Source: Eledone cirrhosa (lineage: Eukaryota). Taken from it: a stretch of DNA of 64,000 nucleotides. This document shows, one piece after another, positions 12,780 through 26,045 of this stretch. Positions within the stretch are counted from its first letter, which is position 1. Each line of letters opens with the position of its first letter. Location of the stretch: NCBI GenBank assembly GCA_964016885.1, contig OZ024741.1:323950001-324014000 (forward strand), read 5' to 3'. The notes under the pieces are model-generated. The model made no database searches, was not told where the DNA came from, and saw only the letters and a program-made list of their open reading frames with translations. Position numbers and translations under genes: made by a program.

Positions 12780-15262
12780 GATGGTGACGAGTACGCTTAA
12801 CCATGAGATGAAACTCAATATGAGTAGCAGTCTCAGGGGTGATGATAACCACCCCGGGCTCGACGACCCCAACCGCAGGACACGTGTGGGGGGGGGGGGG
12901 GTAACGGGGTCCACCTCACAGTGGATCTCCCAGCGCGGGCAACGACCACCCCACAGATTCGGGCAGTGAAGAGAGCAAAACGCATAGCGCCCAAAGGGGA
13001 AGCAACAATGCGGGAACCACTAGCAACCCAACAACTCTCCAAGAATTCACGACGCCCCCAACCCACCCATATAGGAGTAGACGCATAAAAATCACGTGGT
13101 ACAACCCACCCTACTCAGCGGCCCTAAAGAACAGCTTGGCCCGATGATTCTTTGGAGCACTTGATAAATGCTTCCTGAGGGACCATAGATACCACAAGAT
13201 CTTCAACAGACACATTGTGAAGCTCTCGTATTCCACCATGAGAAATCTGGCCCAACACATAGCTAGCATCAACAGGAGTAGGCTTAAAAATCACACACAA
13301 CCAGAAGATGGCAATATAAGCACCCAGCAGAACCATGTGGAAGGAGGGAAGGGGAGACCCAGTGCCCACCCAAGAAACTCAAACAGGCCCGGGGACCCCC
13401 CACCGTGCCCGGGGGAAGACCACCATGTAACATGTAATGGGAACCCCACACTAGTCACGCAGAGGTCGACCACCCTGTGCAACTGCAGAAACCTCGAAAC
13501 ATGCTCCCTTAGTAATGAATGCCTTAAGAAGAACCTAATATACGGATGTAGGGTTAAAACCCCCAACTCTGAACACCTCTACATAGGAGCCACATCAACG
13601 AGCCTTAAAGACCGTTGGTATAACCATCGCCATTCCTTCAATAAGGTGGTAAAAAGGAAAAGTACGGCTCTTTCCGACCTGATCTGGAAGCTTAATTGGA
13701 CAGGACCCCGTACTCTTTGGCCTGGTTCATAATCAGGAAGGTACCACCCGATAAAGGGGGATCTGGCATATGCAAACTATGTCTGAACGAGACCCTCGAG
13801 ATACTAAGAGGTGGAAGCCGCCTGATAAACCTCAGAACCGACTTCTTCGGGACATGCAGACACCTCAGGGCCGGGACCTTCCTCAAGCTATATGGACAGT
13901 AGCAATACACTGAGATGTGAACTCCCCTCAAGCTATAGGGACTTCTCCAGAACATGTAGACACCTCTCGGCCAGACATCCCTCAATTATATGGGCAGTAA
14001 GAACACCATAGGTTGGAACTCCCCTCAAGCCATAGGGACCCACCCAGGCTGAGCAGACACCATGATAGCCTAGAGATTGATTCTGACACAGCCTTTCTAA
14101 CTTGGCTAACATCTTTATAACACACACACATTTTATTTTACTTGATTTTTCATTTGTTTTTCTGTTTTCTTCACTTTACTGCCTTTTATTTAAGTTGAGA
14201 TTGGTTATAACACACACACATTTTATTTGATTATCTTATTTCATTTTATTCTTTTACCATCTTGTTCCTCCTGCCACTTTATCCAACATCTTGCTGACCT
14301 TGAGATTGGTTATAGCACACACACATTTTATTTTATTTGAATCTTCACTTCTATTTTCCACTTTTCATTTTCATTTTTCATTTTTCATTAATTTTTCATT
14401 TATTTTCTATTTATTATTTATTTTCTGTTTTCTTCATTTTAGTGCCTTCTATTTCTTCATATACATGGCAGACCTCCCCCCCCCCCCACCACCACCACGA
14501 GAGATGATGGCAGGATGGCTGAAGAAACACACACAGATACTTCTAAATGTCAGCAGCAGCAAGATATAGGCTGACCACAACACCAACACCACTACCAAAA
14601 TAAGGGTAGAGGTCAGATGTACTTAACAATAGCAAAAACAAACATTACAGGGAACCTCACACCAAAAAGAATTTCTATAGACTTTTGACTGAGGAATGCT
14701 CTCAAAACTGACCAATGGGAGAAGTGACCTTACAAATTTTTATAACATTGAGATTGGGTATAACACACACACATTTTATTTGATTATTTTATTTTGTTCC
14801 TTTACCATCTTATTCCTTCTACCACTTTATCATTTTTTTGAGCTGACTCCAACACCAACACCACTACCAACATAAGAGTAGAGGTCAGATGTACTTAACA
14901 ATAACAAGAACAACGACTACAGATTGCCTTGCCTCAGAACGAATTTCTATAGACTTTTGACTGAGGAATGTTCTCACAACTGACCAATGAGAGGAGAAGA
15001 TATCCTTTAACACTGAAATTCGTTTGTTTAAATTCATATGATTCCAGTTCCTCAGTGAAACAACAACCCAACCAGGAATTGGGCATATCAGAGTGTTGAC
15101 AAAGTTAAACACCTCAACAACATGTGTACTCGTCTCTCCCACACTAATTCGGACTGCCTGAAGAGGTCACAGCCAAAGATGGCTGTCACCGAAATATATA
15201 TATAGCAGTAATAAACGAAGCTAAATTTTAAACATTTGACTTATTTATTTTATTTTATTTTA
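12780..15262 (+). mobile_element. 5'-truncated Penelope-like element with long 3' UTR
   Basis: KITWYNPPYS, CNCRNLETC, LIYGC..LYIGAT, CKLCLNE, TCRH (about 13070-13902); internally duplicated 3' UTR; hammerhead at 15153. Confidence 0.88.
15153..15209 (+). ncRNA. Type I hammerhead ribozyme
   Basis: ACTGC-CTGAAGA-GGTcACAGCCA..TGGCTGTcACC-GAAA-TATATATA-TA-GCAGT, then AATAAA. Confidence 0.88.
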
Positions 15263-15400
15263 TATATATATATATGGTGTGTGTGTGTTCGTGCGCGTAT
15301 GTGTGTGCGTGTGTATGTCTGTGTGTGTGTGTATTAATTTTATTATAGATATTATTTCTACACGAGTAGAGCTTTTTTATTCGTAAGAAAGCAGGAGGTA

Positions 15401-15447
15401 AGTCCTGATGATTTTTTATGAATGAAACAGTTCTAGTTCTGTAGAAG
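15401..15447 (+). ncRNA. Hammerhead core with eroded helix I
   Basis: CTGATGA..GAAA-CAG-loop-CTG-TA-GAAG; related copy at 45068-45101 keeps helices I and III but lacks the core. Confidence 0.55.
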
Positions 15448-15525
15448 TAATTTCTATAATAAAATGAATATACTGAGATATTGTGTACTTTTCTGTGAGT
15501 GGTAGTCACCCGATTTACATCGGGA

Positions 15526-15606
<81 letters not shown>

Positions 15607-16321
15607 TATACATATATATTATATATTTGTCTGTATGTATGTATATGTGTGTGTGGGTGATTGAGCGGGTTTATTTGTATGTGTCTATGTCTGTGATTAT
15701 GTTTGCGTCTGCGTTTATATCCGGGAACGTAGCAACGTAGCACTTCAACATAATGGAAATCAATAAAATAACTACCAGTCGTTGAAAAAATAAATACTGT
15801 CGTCTCGATGTGATCAGCAAAACCAGTGGGGTGCTCCAGCGTGGCCGTAGTCTAATAACTGAAACCAGTAAACAAGTACAGGAATCCAGTAGGTTTGAAG
15901 TATGTTACTAAGACTGGTGTGTTTCCACACATCCATCTCTAGCTCTGGACATCAACAGTTACAAATAGCCTTCCTTACACGATCGTTGACAAACTACTTT
16001 CTTTGATATTTTAACAGTGTATCAGTTAGTTCAAAGAAAATAATTAACGTTGAAGCTGCTATGCCCCCCCCCCCCCCCCCATGTATAGCATATGTGTCTT
16101 TTTAATTCTAACATCTATAGATTTGTTGCAAATCGAACACTTGAAAATTGCAAAACCAATAAAATGTAAAGACGTTACTTCAAAGACGTTTTCACAATGA
16201 AATAATAAATAAAGAGCATTGGGCGCCTGCAGATTGTCTCAGTTGAAAGTGTGAAACCTGTACACGGATTTGAGACGCATTCACATCACATGTACGCACG
16301 TATACACACGTGCACAAATGT

Positions 16322-16403
<82 letters not shown>

Positions 16404-16502
16404 ACACACACATATTCACTCCAACTGTAAATGGTATTCAGTTTTAAATTAGCTTGTTTAGGTTCGATCCTACTATTATGTGGTTCTTATAGATTATATA
16501 AT

Positions 16503-16718
16503 AGTTTCTTATATAGGCACAAGGCCAGCAATTTTGAGGGAGGGGAACGTCGATTAAATCGACCCCAGTGCCTGACTGGTACTTTATTTTATCGACCTCG
16601 TAAGGATGAAAGGCAAAGTTAACCTCGGCGGGATTTGAGCCCATATCATAAAGGGCCGTAATTCTATGCAGCAAAGCATAGCGTCCGACCCTCTACCGTT
16701 ACTGGCAATCCACCGCCC
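16503..16718 (-). mobile_element. Full-length SINE family 1 with target-site duplication
   Basis: TCTTATAGATTATATAAT on both sides. Confidence 0.9.
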
Positions 16719-16856
16719 TCTTATAGATTATATAATGATGACTTCTACCAAATTTTCTTTTATTATTTTGCACTCCGCTATTTCGGACTTCACGTTGTAT
16801 AAACCTAAAAATTTCTGCGATTATACAAGAATTTGTCTATAATATTACTACCATTA

Positions 16857-17015
16857 GGCGGCGAGTTGACAGAGTTGTTAGAATGTCAGATAGAATGCTA
16901 TATGGTATTCGTTCCAGCTGTGTGCTCCCTGAGTTCAAATAACACCGAGGTCAAATTTTGCCTTTCATCCATTCGAGGTCGATAAAAAAAATGTACCAAT
17001 CTAGTACTGGGATCG
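16857..17015 (+). mobile_element. Diverged SINE family 1
   Basis: GGCGGCGAGTTGACAGAG head, GAGTTCAAAT B-box, GCCTTTCATCC core. Confidence 0.75.
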
Positions 17016-17564
17016 ATTCTTCCTCTATATCATTTTTTCATTTCCTTTCTCTCACTTTCTATCTTTCTCTGGAAGAAATCTGCTATACTCAGGCCTGGAG
17101 AGGGGTGGGCTCTGCCAGGCTTAAAATGCCCAAGAAACGCTGCATGTCAATATGGTGCCACTACGACTCAATCAGCAGTTACGGGATCATACATACATTA
17201 CTATCATTAGTATCATTAATAACAAAATTCTTGCAGTTGCCTCTGTTTTTAGTTATGGTCTATGGATTTCTAAATATTTGATTAATAACGTCATGATTGA
17301 CTTCGCTTTTGTTTCATGCCCAATATTATACTGTTTCTGCCGAATAGTTTATGGTGTCTATAATAGTTTGGTGATTAGAGTTATGACAATTGTTGCCATA
17401 TTTGTTACAGCCAACTACCACCAATCTCCCTCAACAAACCACATCTATTGCCAATCGGACATCACTGTCGATGAAGATGACAAATGATAATCAGCAGACA
17501 CGTGATACTGATGATATTAACAATAATAATAATAACGATGATGATGAAAACCCTGACGACTATA

Positions 17565-17602
17565 ATGATGAAGATGATGATGATGAAGATGATGATGATG
17601 AA

Positions 17603-17642
<40 letters not shown>
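17565..17642. repeat. (GAT)n microsatellite
   Basis: Seen directly. Confidence 0.95.
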
Positions 17643-17644
<2 letters not shown>

Positions 17645-17994
17645 AAACAACCAATCCAACTTTGGAATGCATTCCGAACTGTGGCATTAATAAAAATAAG
17701 AAGTCCTAGAACCAAAACAACAAGCTTATGAAAGAAAAAATAGTAAACTAAAAGCAACAAAAATAAAATGTAATTAACCACCCCACTACGAAAAACAAAG
17801 AAGCAATCCGTTTAATACTTTTCTAAAAACATCTCTCTAGAAAAACTATTTTTAAATACAACAGGATTGCAGAAAATGGAAAACAATGAGTAAAACTCCC
17901 TACACATTGTTTTTGACAGTTTCTGAAAAATGAAAGAAAAAAAAAAAAAAAATACTGATGGTAACATCCATCTGTAGGAAATATAATTAGAAAT

Positions 17995-18585
17995 ATAATT
18001 TTTCTAACATTGGCACAAGGCCAGTAATTTCGGAAAAGGAGAAAGTCGATTATATACCGACCACTGCACGTGATTGGTACCATATTTTATCGATCCCACA
18101 AGATAAAGAGCGAAGTTGACCTCGATGCGATTTAAAACCAGAACGTATAGAGCCGTTACTAAGTCCCGCAAAGCATTTTCATCGACGCTCTAACGATTCT
18201 GCTAACCCATCACCCTTAATAATTGTTTCTACTATTGGCACAAGGCCAGGAATTATCCCAGTGCATTACTGGTACTTTATTTCATCGACCCCGTAAGGAT
18301 GAAAGGCAAAGGTGACCTCGGCGGGATTCCACCGTCCTGTTGTTTCTAATCTAGACACAAGGCTAGCGATTTGATGGAAGGGAAAATCAATTATACCGGC
18401 CCTAGTACGTGACTGGTATTTTATTTTATCAAATCAGAATGGATAATAGGCAAGGTTAACCTCGACAGGATTTGAAATCAGAACGTAAACAGCCGTGAGT
18501 ATGTGTCCGACTCTCTAATGATTCTGCCAATTCACCGCCCTGTGGTCTCCAATTTAACACAAGGCCAGCAATTTAAGGGGAAGTA
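17995..18585 (-). mobile_element. Cluster of 3-4 SINE family 1 copies or fragments
   Basis: Repeated CACAAGGCCAG tails and cores. Confidence 0.85.
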
Positions 18586-19270
18586 TTTTAGTTATACATT
18601 TAGAGAAAATACATATACATCCAGGCACATATTTTTTTCTTTTTAAAACGAAAAAAAAACAAAAAAACCTCAGACAGGACAAGGTAACAATGTTTCCATT
18701 GGTTTTCCGACTATCTGTCGGTAGCCACACCTGACAGAAGAAAGGAGTTGCTCATAAGATCGAACCAAGGAAACAATGTCTTCATTTGACTTTCCATTGC
18801 TGATACTATTTGATAGGCGCAACTACTGTCAGAAAGAGCAGCATGAAATTAAGTATTTTGCTCAAGATCAGAACGTGCCACTCAGTAAATGAACCAAAAC
18901 CTTGATCTTATGATCGTTATTACAACACCCTAACACATAAGCAAGCTAACGCTTCTCGAGAAAATTCTATGTTGATAATATTACTATGGCGTTTCAACTC
19001 CCATGATATTTTTTTCCGTTCACAACATGTTTATAAGTAAGCAACCACATGAGACCGTATATACGTTAATAGCTTTCCTCATATTTTTATCTTTTTCTCT
19101 CTCTCCGTGTGTTCGAGGTCGGTTTCAGCTTAACACGCAGTTTTCTGAAATACAGCAGATGGCTCTCAGGCTTTTAAGCAACAATCACGTTGTCACAGGA
19201 ATATAACTCGATTGTTACAGTGTGTTATCTCTTAATCAGGTTTCAAATATTGTTTATCGGTTCAATGTAA

Positions 19271-19495
19271 AGGCGCGTGGCTGTGGAAAGCTCAATCACA
19301 TGTGCTGTAATACAAGATAGCCTATACTTGTAATTCAAAGGGCAATCCTTGCTAGACACTGTGCCACGCTAAATCTCACTGATAATTACATTAAGGGTAC
19401 ATGAAACTGTGGAATGCTTAGCCATTTGCACGTTAATTTTACAATTAGGCCGCTCAGTTAGAACACTCATCGTCGAAACCGTCGGAGGTCCTTAC
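19271..19495 (+). mobile_element. SINE family 2, internally deleted
   Basis: GGCGCGTGGC head and TACTTGTAATTCAAAGGGC body shared with 41478-41726. Confidence 0.65.
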
Positions 19496-19806
19496 GAATT
19501 TCATTTTGCCGTTTTAAGCATTGATTATTCGGTTCAATATTGGATTTCATCATGCTGGATTTCGGAGTGAAAAGTTGTGGACATCAAAGCTTATATAAAT
19601 ATATATATATTTCTTTAGGTTTGTTGGATAGAATTGGATAGAATTGGTCATTCCGTATGGTCAATCTTGGTGTAATATTGTGGAGAGTACTCAACGTAGT
19701 GCAGTTCACCCGTCTTCGTTTGTGTAGTTGGTGGTGCGACTACGGAGTTAATTATAAATAAAAATAACAGGAGGCTGGACTGGTGTAAATCATTGACAGG
19801 TTTATT

Positions 19807-19864
19807 ATACTATGATCATTTCAATGACCGGGTTCCATATGAATCCGGTGATATCATCAGGTAT
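19807..19864 (-). ncRNA. Type I hammerhead ribozyme
   Basis: ATAC-CTGATGA-..ACCGG..CCGGT..-GAAA-TGATCA-TA-GTAT, then AATAAA. Confidence 0.85.
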
Positions 19865-22849
19865 TCGAAATATAACAAAGGAATATGTAAAATCCATGGG
19901 TCCGAAAAATCAGAGACAGAGAGGACGACTGACCAACTAGCTGTCTTCACCTCGGCCAGTGGCCCTCAAAGTGATGACAACTCGATCTGCTAATGACCAT
20001 CTGGTGAGGGGGCGAAGGCTTATAATGTACTACCACCTCTCCGTCAAAGAATAAAAAGGGGAAGAAAGAAAGAGAGAAGAAAAAAAGAAAAAAAGAAAAA
20101 AAAGAAAGAAAGGAGTTAGCGTAAGCGTCACACGACAGTCAAGCTAGAAAACGCCGCGAAAAACGTTATTCTAAAGAATCTATATTTTAACAAAGGCATA
20201 TATAATTGTTTCTACGTTAGGCACAAAGCCAGCAATTATCCAGTGCATTACTGGTACTTTATTTTATCGACCCCGTAAGGATGAAAGGCAAAGTTAAAGG
20301 CATATATAATGGGTGTCTGTATGGTCTAATGTGTGAACAGAAATTTGGAACGTTAAACTTATGTTACGAGTTATAGGATGAAATTAAATTAAAAAATAAT
20401 AAATTGAAAATTGGAAAATAAATTAAAAAAATTATTTAATGAACTTACAGAGAGAGTCTTATATGAAAAAGTTAATCTCGATAAGATATCAGGGTGAGAT
20501 AAAGATTAAAGCCTTCGAATGTGAACCCCAGTCAGCACCTCCTAACCACGTGTCAGCCAGTTTCGAGTGGTATCGTCCAGCGAAAGAAATGGAAATTAAT
20601 TTTTCCGAGTACTCTAGGAACGTAGCTACACCGGGCCCCGGGTGTGCTAGCGGGAAGTCTACAATTTCGACAGGCCATCGTCAATACCAAACGAATACTA
20701 TTAATTCACACATGAGGTGTTTATTTACGTGCCAGTAGAGGCATGATACAGCTAACAGATATGCCTAAGCCTAGAGTTTATAGGTATAAGTATAATATGG
20801 CGGACAAAACAGGCGGCGCGGTGGGCCCGGGGCAAGGCAACCCGCTCCGAGAAATTTCGTTTACCGAAAGAAGGGAAATTTAAGATAATACAGGTTGTAC
20901 ATATAGATATAGAGGATGGAAGAGATGGAATGGTAACAGGTGGTATTTAGTATAAAGTTCGGGTCTCCGAATTCAGTGTGAGTCACACAAAAAAAAGTCC
21001 TGAGGTATAGAGTAGAGAATTCAGTTAATACAATACATGTATTAGTATAATACGTAGAGTTTTGTCGGAATCCGAATATTCCCGACAGGGAATATTCGGA
21101 TGGGCGGTAGACAAAGCACAGAACAGCCAAAATCCGAATGGTAAGTAGATCAGTTAATCCGATGGTGGCGGTAGCTGTACACTGAAGTCAGTGCCGCTGT
21201 TCAATATTACATTTGGAAGTGCTCAACATTATTGGAGCATTATATCTTTAGGTTTGTTGGTTCACCACTGGATAGAATTGGTAATTCCGTATGGTCAATC
21301 TTAGTGTAGTGTTGTGGAGAGTACTCAATGTAGTGCAGTTCACCCGTCTTCGTTTGTGTAGTTGGTGGTGCGAATACGGAGTTAATTATAAATAAGAATA
21401 AAAGGAGGCTGGACTGGTGTAAATCCTTGAAAGGTTTATTATACCATGATTCACACTGAATTCGGAGACCCGAACTTTACACTAGGTACCACCTGTTGCC
21501 ATTCCATCTCTTCCATCCTCTATATCTATATGTACAACCTGTATTATCTTACTACAACTTGATATATATACTATATCCCCTTTGCTCTAATTCCTCCGAT
21601 ATGTTCTCATATACTTCCGTCTTACTACATCACTACCCTAGCTATGAAGACGTTTTATTTTTATCAATGTATTCTTTATCTTTGCATTTTATCTTTGTAT
21701 CCTACTTTTATTTATTTGTATCTTTCCTTACTCAAGTCATTATGCACCTTTCATAGCCCCCTACCCACCAAAGAACCACACTACTTATGACCCGGGTAAC
21801 TGGGACTTTAAAATAATTGTTTCTACTTTAGGCACAAGGTCAGCAATTATCCCAGTGCATTACTGGTACTTTATTTTATCGACCCCGTAAGGATGAAAGG
21901 CAAAGTTAACCTCGGCGGGATTTAAAATAATTATAGTCTATTTGCACTCTTTATTGAGTTTTGCTACCTTCGATTGATGTGGTGGCTTTTCCGGCTGCGC
22001 GATGGCGCTCGGAAAGTTCTGCCTTCCTTGAGTGATTGGAAAAATAAATTTCCCCTCTTTCGGTAAACGAAATTACTCGGAGCGGGTTGCCTTGCCCCGG
22101 GCCCGCCGCACCGCCTGTTTTGTCCGCCATATTATACTTATACCTATAAACTCTAGGCTTAGGCATATCTGTTAGCTGTATCATGCCTCTACTGGCACGT
22201 AAATAAACACCTTATGTGTGAATTAATAGTATTCGTTTGGTATTGACGATGGCCTGTCGAAATTGTAGACTTCCCGCTAGCACACCCGGGGCCCGGTGTA
22301 GCTACGTTCCTAGAGTACTCGGAAAAATTAATTTCCATTTCTTTCGCTGGACGATACCACTCGAAACTGGCTGACACGTGGTTAGGAGGTGCTGACTGGG
22401 GTTCACATTCGAAGGCTTTAATCTTTATCTCACCCTGATATCTTATCGAGATTAACTTTTTCATATAAGACTCTCTCTGTAAGTTCATTAAATAATTTTT
22501 TTTATTTTTTTTCCAATTTTCAATTTATTATTTTTTAATTTAATTTCATCCTATAACTCGTAACATAAGTTTAACGTTCCAAATTTCTGTTCACACATTA
22601 GACCATACAGACACCCATTATATATGCCTTTAACTTTGCCTTTCATCCTTACGGGGTCGATAAAATAAAGTACCAGTAATGCACTGGATAATTGCTGGCT
22701 TTGTGCCTAACGTAGAAACAATTATATATGCCTTTGTTAAAATATAGATTCTTTAGAATAACGTTTTTCGCGGCGTTTTCTAGCTTGACTGTCGTGTGAC
22801 GCTTACGCTAACTTCTTTCTTTCTTCTTTCTTTTTTCTTTTTTCTTCTC

Positions 22850-22911
<62 letters not shown>

Positions 22912-23106
22912 CTACTTTATTCTTTGACGGAGAGGTGGTAGTACATTATAAGCCTTCGCCCCCTCACCAGATGGTCATTAGCAGATCGAGTTGCCATCAC
23001 TTTGAGGGTGACTGGCCGAGGTGAAGACAGTTAGTTGGTCAGTCGTCCTCTCTGTCTCTGATTTTTCGGACCCATGGATTTTACATATTCCTTTGTTATA
23101 TTTCGA

Positions 23107-23164
23107 ATACCTGATGATATCACCGGATTCACATGGAACCCGGTCATTGAAATGATCATAGTAT
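23107..23164 (+). ncRNA. Type I hammerhead ribozyme (inverted partner of 19807-19864)
   Basis: Same motif with palindromic TGATCA helix III. Confidence 0.85.
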
Positions 23165-23724
23165 AATAAACCTGTCAAGGAGTTACAACAGTCCAGCCTC
23201 CTGTTATTTTTATAACAGTCACTCTCCCTGTTAGCCTCTTCCTCACCCTTCACTCACTCACTCTCTGTTACTACCTCTCCTCCTCCTCCTTCTTCCCGTT
23301 TGACCTGTGCGTAATTCTTTTCTTTCGCCCTCTTGGCCAGGCCGGTTCCCCTTATTTCTCTCTCTCGTCTACGATTTCACAGAACTTATGTTCACCGAAT
23401 TCACGGACTAGACTCCTTCTCCCTCCCGTTTGACCTGTGCGGAATTCCTTCCTTGCTCACATTTCAACTAGGTTTGATGGTCTTTATTCTCTCTCGTTCA
23501 CGATTTCACCGAACTTACATTCATGGAAATTTGGGACTTGACTCATTCTTCCTCACTTTTCGTTGCTTCACCATCTTTGTTTGTTTATACTCTCGCTGTT
23601 CCCTTTATTTACGTGTCCCAACGACTTTGTTTAGCCGTTGCTCGCATCAACCGGAGGTATATGGTCATGAAAGCGAAGAAATACCGAGGATGGTTGGAAG
23701 ATCACTGATGAAGGACCAACTTTA

Positions 23725-23783
<59 letters not shown>

Positions 23784-24197
23784 ATGCGTCAATACACACA
23801 CAATTACACGCACACACACACACATACCCTCCCCCACACACACACATACACACACACACATATATATATATACTGTATATATATATATATATATATATAT
23901 GCACGATATCCGTAGATGAAAACCCAAGGAAAACAAAGATAAATCTGTTGCACGAAAGCTTATTTAATATAATCAAATGTTCATACATTTACTATGTATG
24001 CGTAACTTTAGGTTTCAGGGGTCCAGTTATGACCACCACTGTATAGTGTAGAAGCCACTCTAATACTGGCTCCTAATCGGGTGCTAGGACAAAACTAATA
24101 GCGCCCGATGAGAGGCCAGTATTAGAAGGGCTCCTCCACAATACAGTGGTGACCGTAACTGGAGCCCGAAATCTAATGTCAAAGATATATGTATACA

Positions 24198-24239
<42 letters not shown>

Positions 24240-24294
24240 TATATGTATACATATATGTATACATATATATATGTATATATATATGAAAATGTTC

Positions 24295-24625
24295 AAGACC
24301 CCGACAGCAGAGCTCAAGCCGTTTCGACGGCTATTTCTGGACATTTTCTTATTACCCACTCTACTACCCTAAGTATTGAGTACTCTGGTGCGCTATGATC
24401 CATATATATATATATATATGAAAAGAGAAAGGATCCCGACGGCTGAGCTCCGGTCGTTTCGACAACTAGATCCGAAATAAGCCAGCAGTTCGGATCTAGC
24501 TGTCGAAACGGCTGGAGCTCAGCCGTCGGGATCCTGACTATTTTCATATTACCCACTCTACTACTCTAAGTATCGAGTACCCTGGTACGTTATGGTCCAC
24601 CTGGTATCTTGCCACACCTTTGTTA
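24295..24625. mobile_element. Two miniature rearranged tails of the 27.8-29.8 kb PLE family
   Basis: Share GTCGAAACGGCT.GAGCTCAGC.GTCGGG and ATTACCCACTCTACTAC; palindrome at 24431-24534. Confidence 0.8.
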
Positions 24626-25211
24626 TATATATATATATATAAATATATATACTTTTGAATTTGCAGATCCTTGCGCTATTGTTCTCTCATCTGGATAGAT
24701 AAGAGAATTTGGAGTCATCGTTGCTATTGGCTTATCCAAAGATGACTGGGTTTTAAATGTTACAGACATCAATCATTATCTCAGAGTGTACTCCGCCATG
24801 TGTCAATGTATGTCTGTGTAAGCAGTCTATGTCGGTAGGTGGGCGTTCACTTGTATACATGCAGCTATAATGCTTTCACTGCTGTACGTACATATTTTCA
24901 CACACACACACATATATACATATCCACACACATTTATGCGCTCTATATGAAGAAGTACACACTTCTTCATATATAAGTATACATTCGCATACATACATGT
25001 ATGTGTGTGTATGTACGTGTGTGTATGTGTATGTACGTGTGTGTGTGTATGTACGTGTGTGTGTGTGTGTATGTACGTGTGTGTGTATGAGTGTGTGTGT
25101 ATGAGTGTGTGTGTGTGTGTGTGTGTATAATAGTGGTTTCGGATTTAGGCATAAAGCGGAGCTAACCTCTGTCGGACTTGTACATAATATATACATATAC
25201 ATATATATGAA

Positions 25212-25330
25212 GGCGCGTGGCTTAGTGATTAGAGAATTATATTCACAATCGTGGCTTTATGAGTTCGGTTCCCGGACCTGGCGATGCTTTATGTGTTATG
25301 TTTATTTCATGTTGCCCCTTCTACATGGAG
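25212..25330 (+). mobile_element. SINE family 2 tRNA-like head
   Basis: GGCGCGTGGCTTAGTG A-box and GAGTTCGGTTCCC B-box. Confidence 0.65.
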
Positions 25331-25549
25331 TTGCGACCGATAGAGAGTATTAGCAATTGGAAAGACCAATGGAAATATTATTTCCTCGGTCCGATTTGTC
25401 GAAAGTCGATCGACTATCGACATATATATAATTATCATTTCTTTATTGACCACGAGGGGGCGAAACTTGTAAAACAATAAAAAGGACCAGGACAGTAGGG
25501 ATTTTCAAAAAAGATTTTAAAAAATTCAAAACGTGTATATATATATAAT

Positions 25550-25766
25550 GCTTTCTTATATAGGCACAAAGCCAGCAATTTTAGGGGAGGGGAAATTCGA
25601 TTAAATCGACGCCAGTGTGTGACTGGTACTTTATTTTATCGACCTTGTAAGGATGAAAGTCAAAGTTAACCTCGGCGGAATTTGAATTCAGACCGTAAAG
25701 GACCGTAACTCTATGCTGTAAAGTATGGTGACCGACTCTCTACCGATACTGCCAATCCATCACCCT
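25550..25766 (-). mobile_element. Full-length SINE family 1
   Basis: Matches 16503-16718. Confidence 0.88.
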
Positions 25767-25819
25767 CGTGTGTATTTATATAATACAACATAAATAACTA
25801 ACAACGAATGTTCCAATTG

Positions 25820-26045
25820 AAGTAATCAATGGAACAGCTTGCTTGGGTAATTAACCAGGGAGCAGTTGAGCATTTTACAGACCCATACATCATTAACGTA
25901 GATCCCAGGGAGACTCGGCTTGACACAGTAGAAGTCACGACAGGTGGCCTTTTGTGTTACCAGCATAACTCAAATGCCGCAGGGAATCGAACTCATGAAT
26001 TTTAAATTTTTGAGCCGAACACCTTAACCACTACGGCATGCGTCT
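25820..26045 (-). mobile_element. SINE family 2, diverged
   Basis: Minus-strand GCCGTAGTGGTTAAGG and GAGTTCGATTCCC. Confidence 0.65.

Larger units (their letters stand above)
19612..23216. mobile_element. Non-coding hammerhead-bearing element with direct terminal repeats plus inverted second copy
   Basis: Direct repeat 19612-19816 / 21245-21450; inverted arms about 19757-20985 / 21451-23216; no recognisable ORF. Confidence 0.75.

Noticed and set aside
17390-17731. Poly-Asp ORF
   Set aside because: (GAT)n microsatellite
20439-22488. Duplicated 99-aa ORF on opposite strands
   Set aside because: Result of the inverted repeat; antisense to the ribozyme strand; no motif
23700-23725. CTGATGA hammerhead candidate
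   Set aside because: Cut off by (TA)n; no GAAA or closing helices
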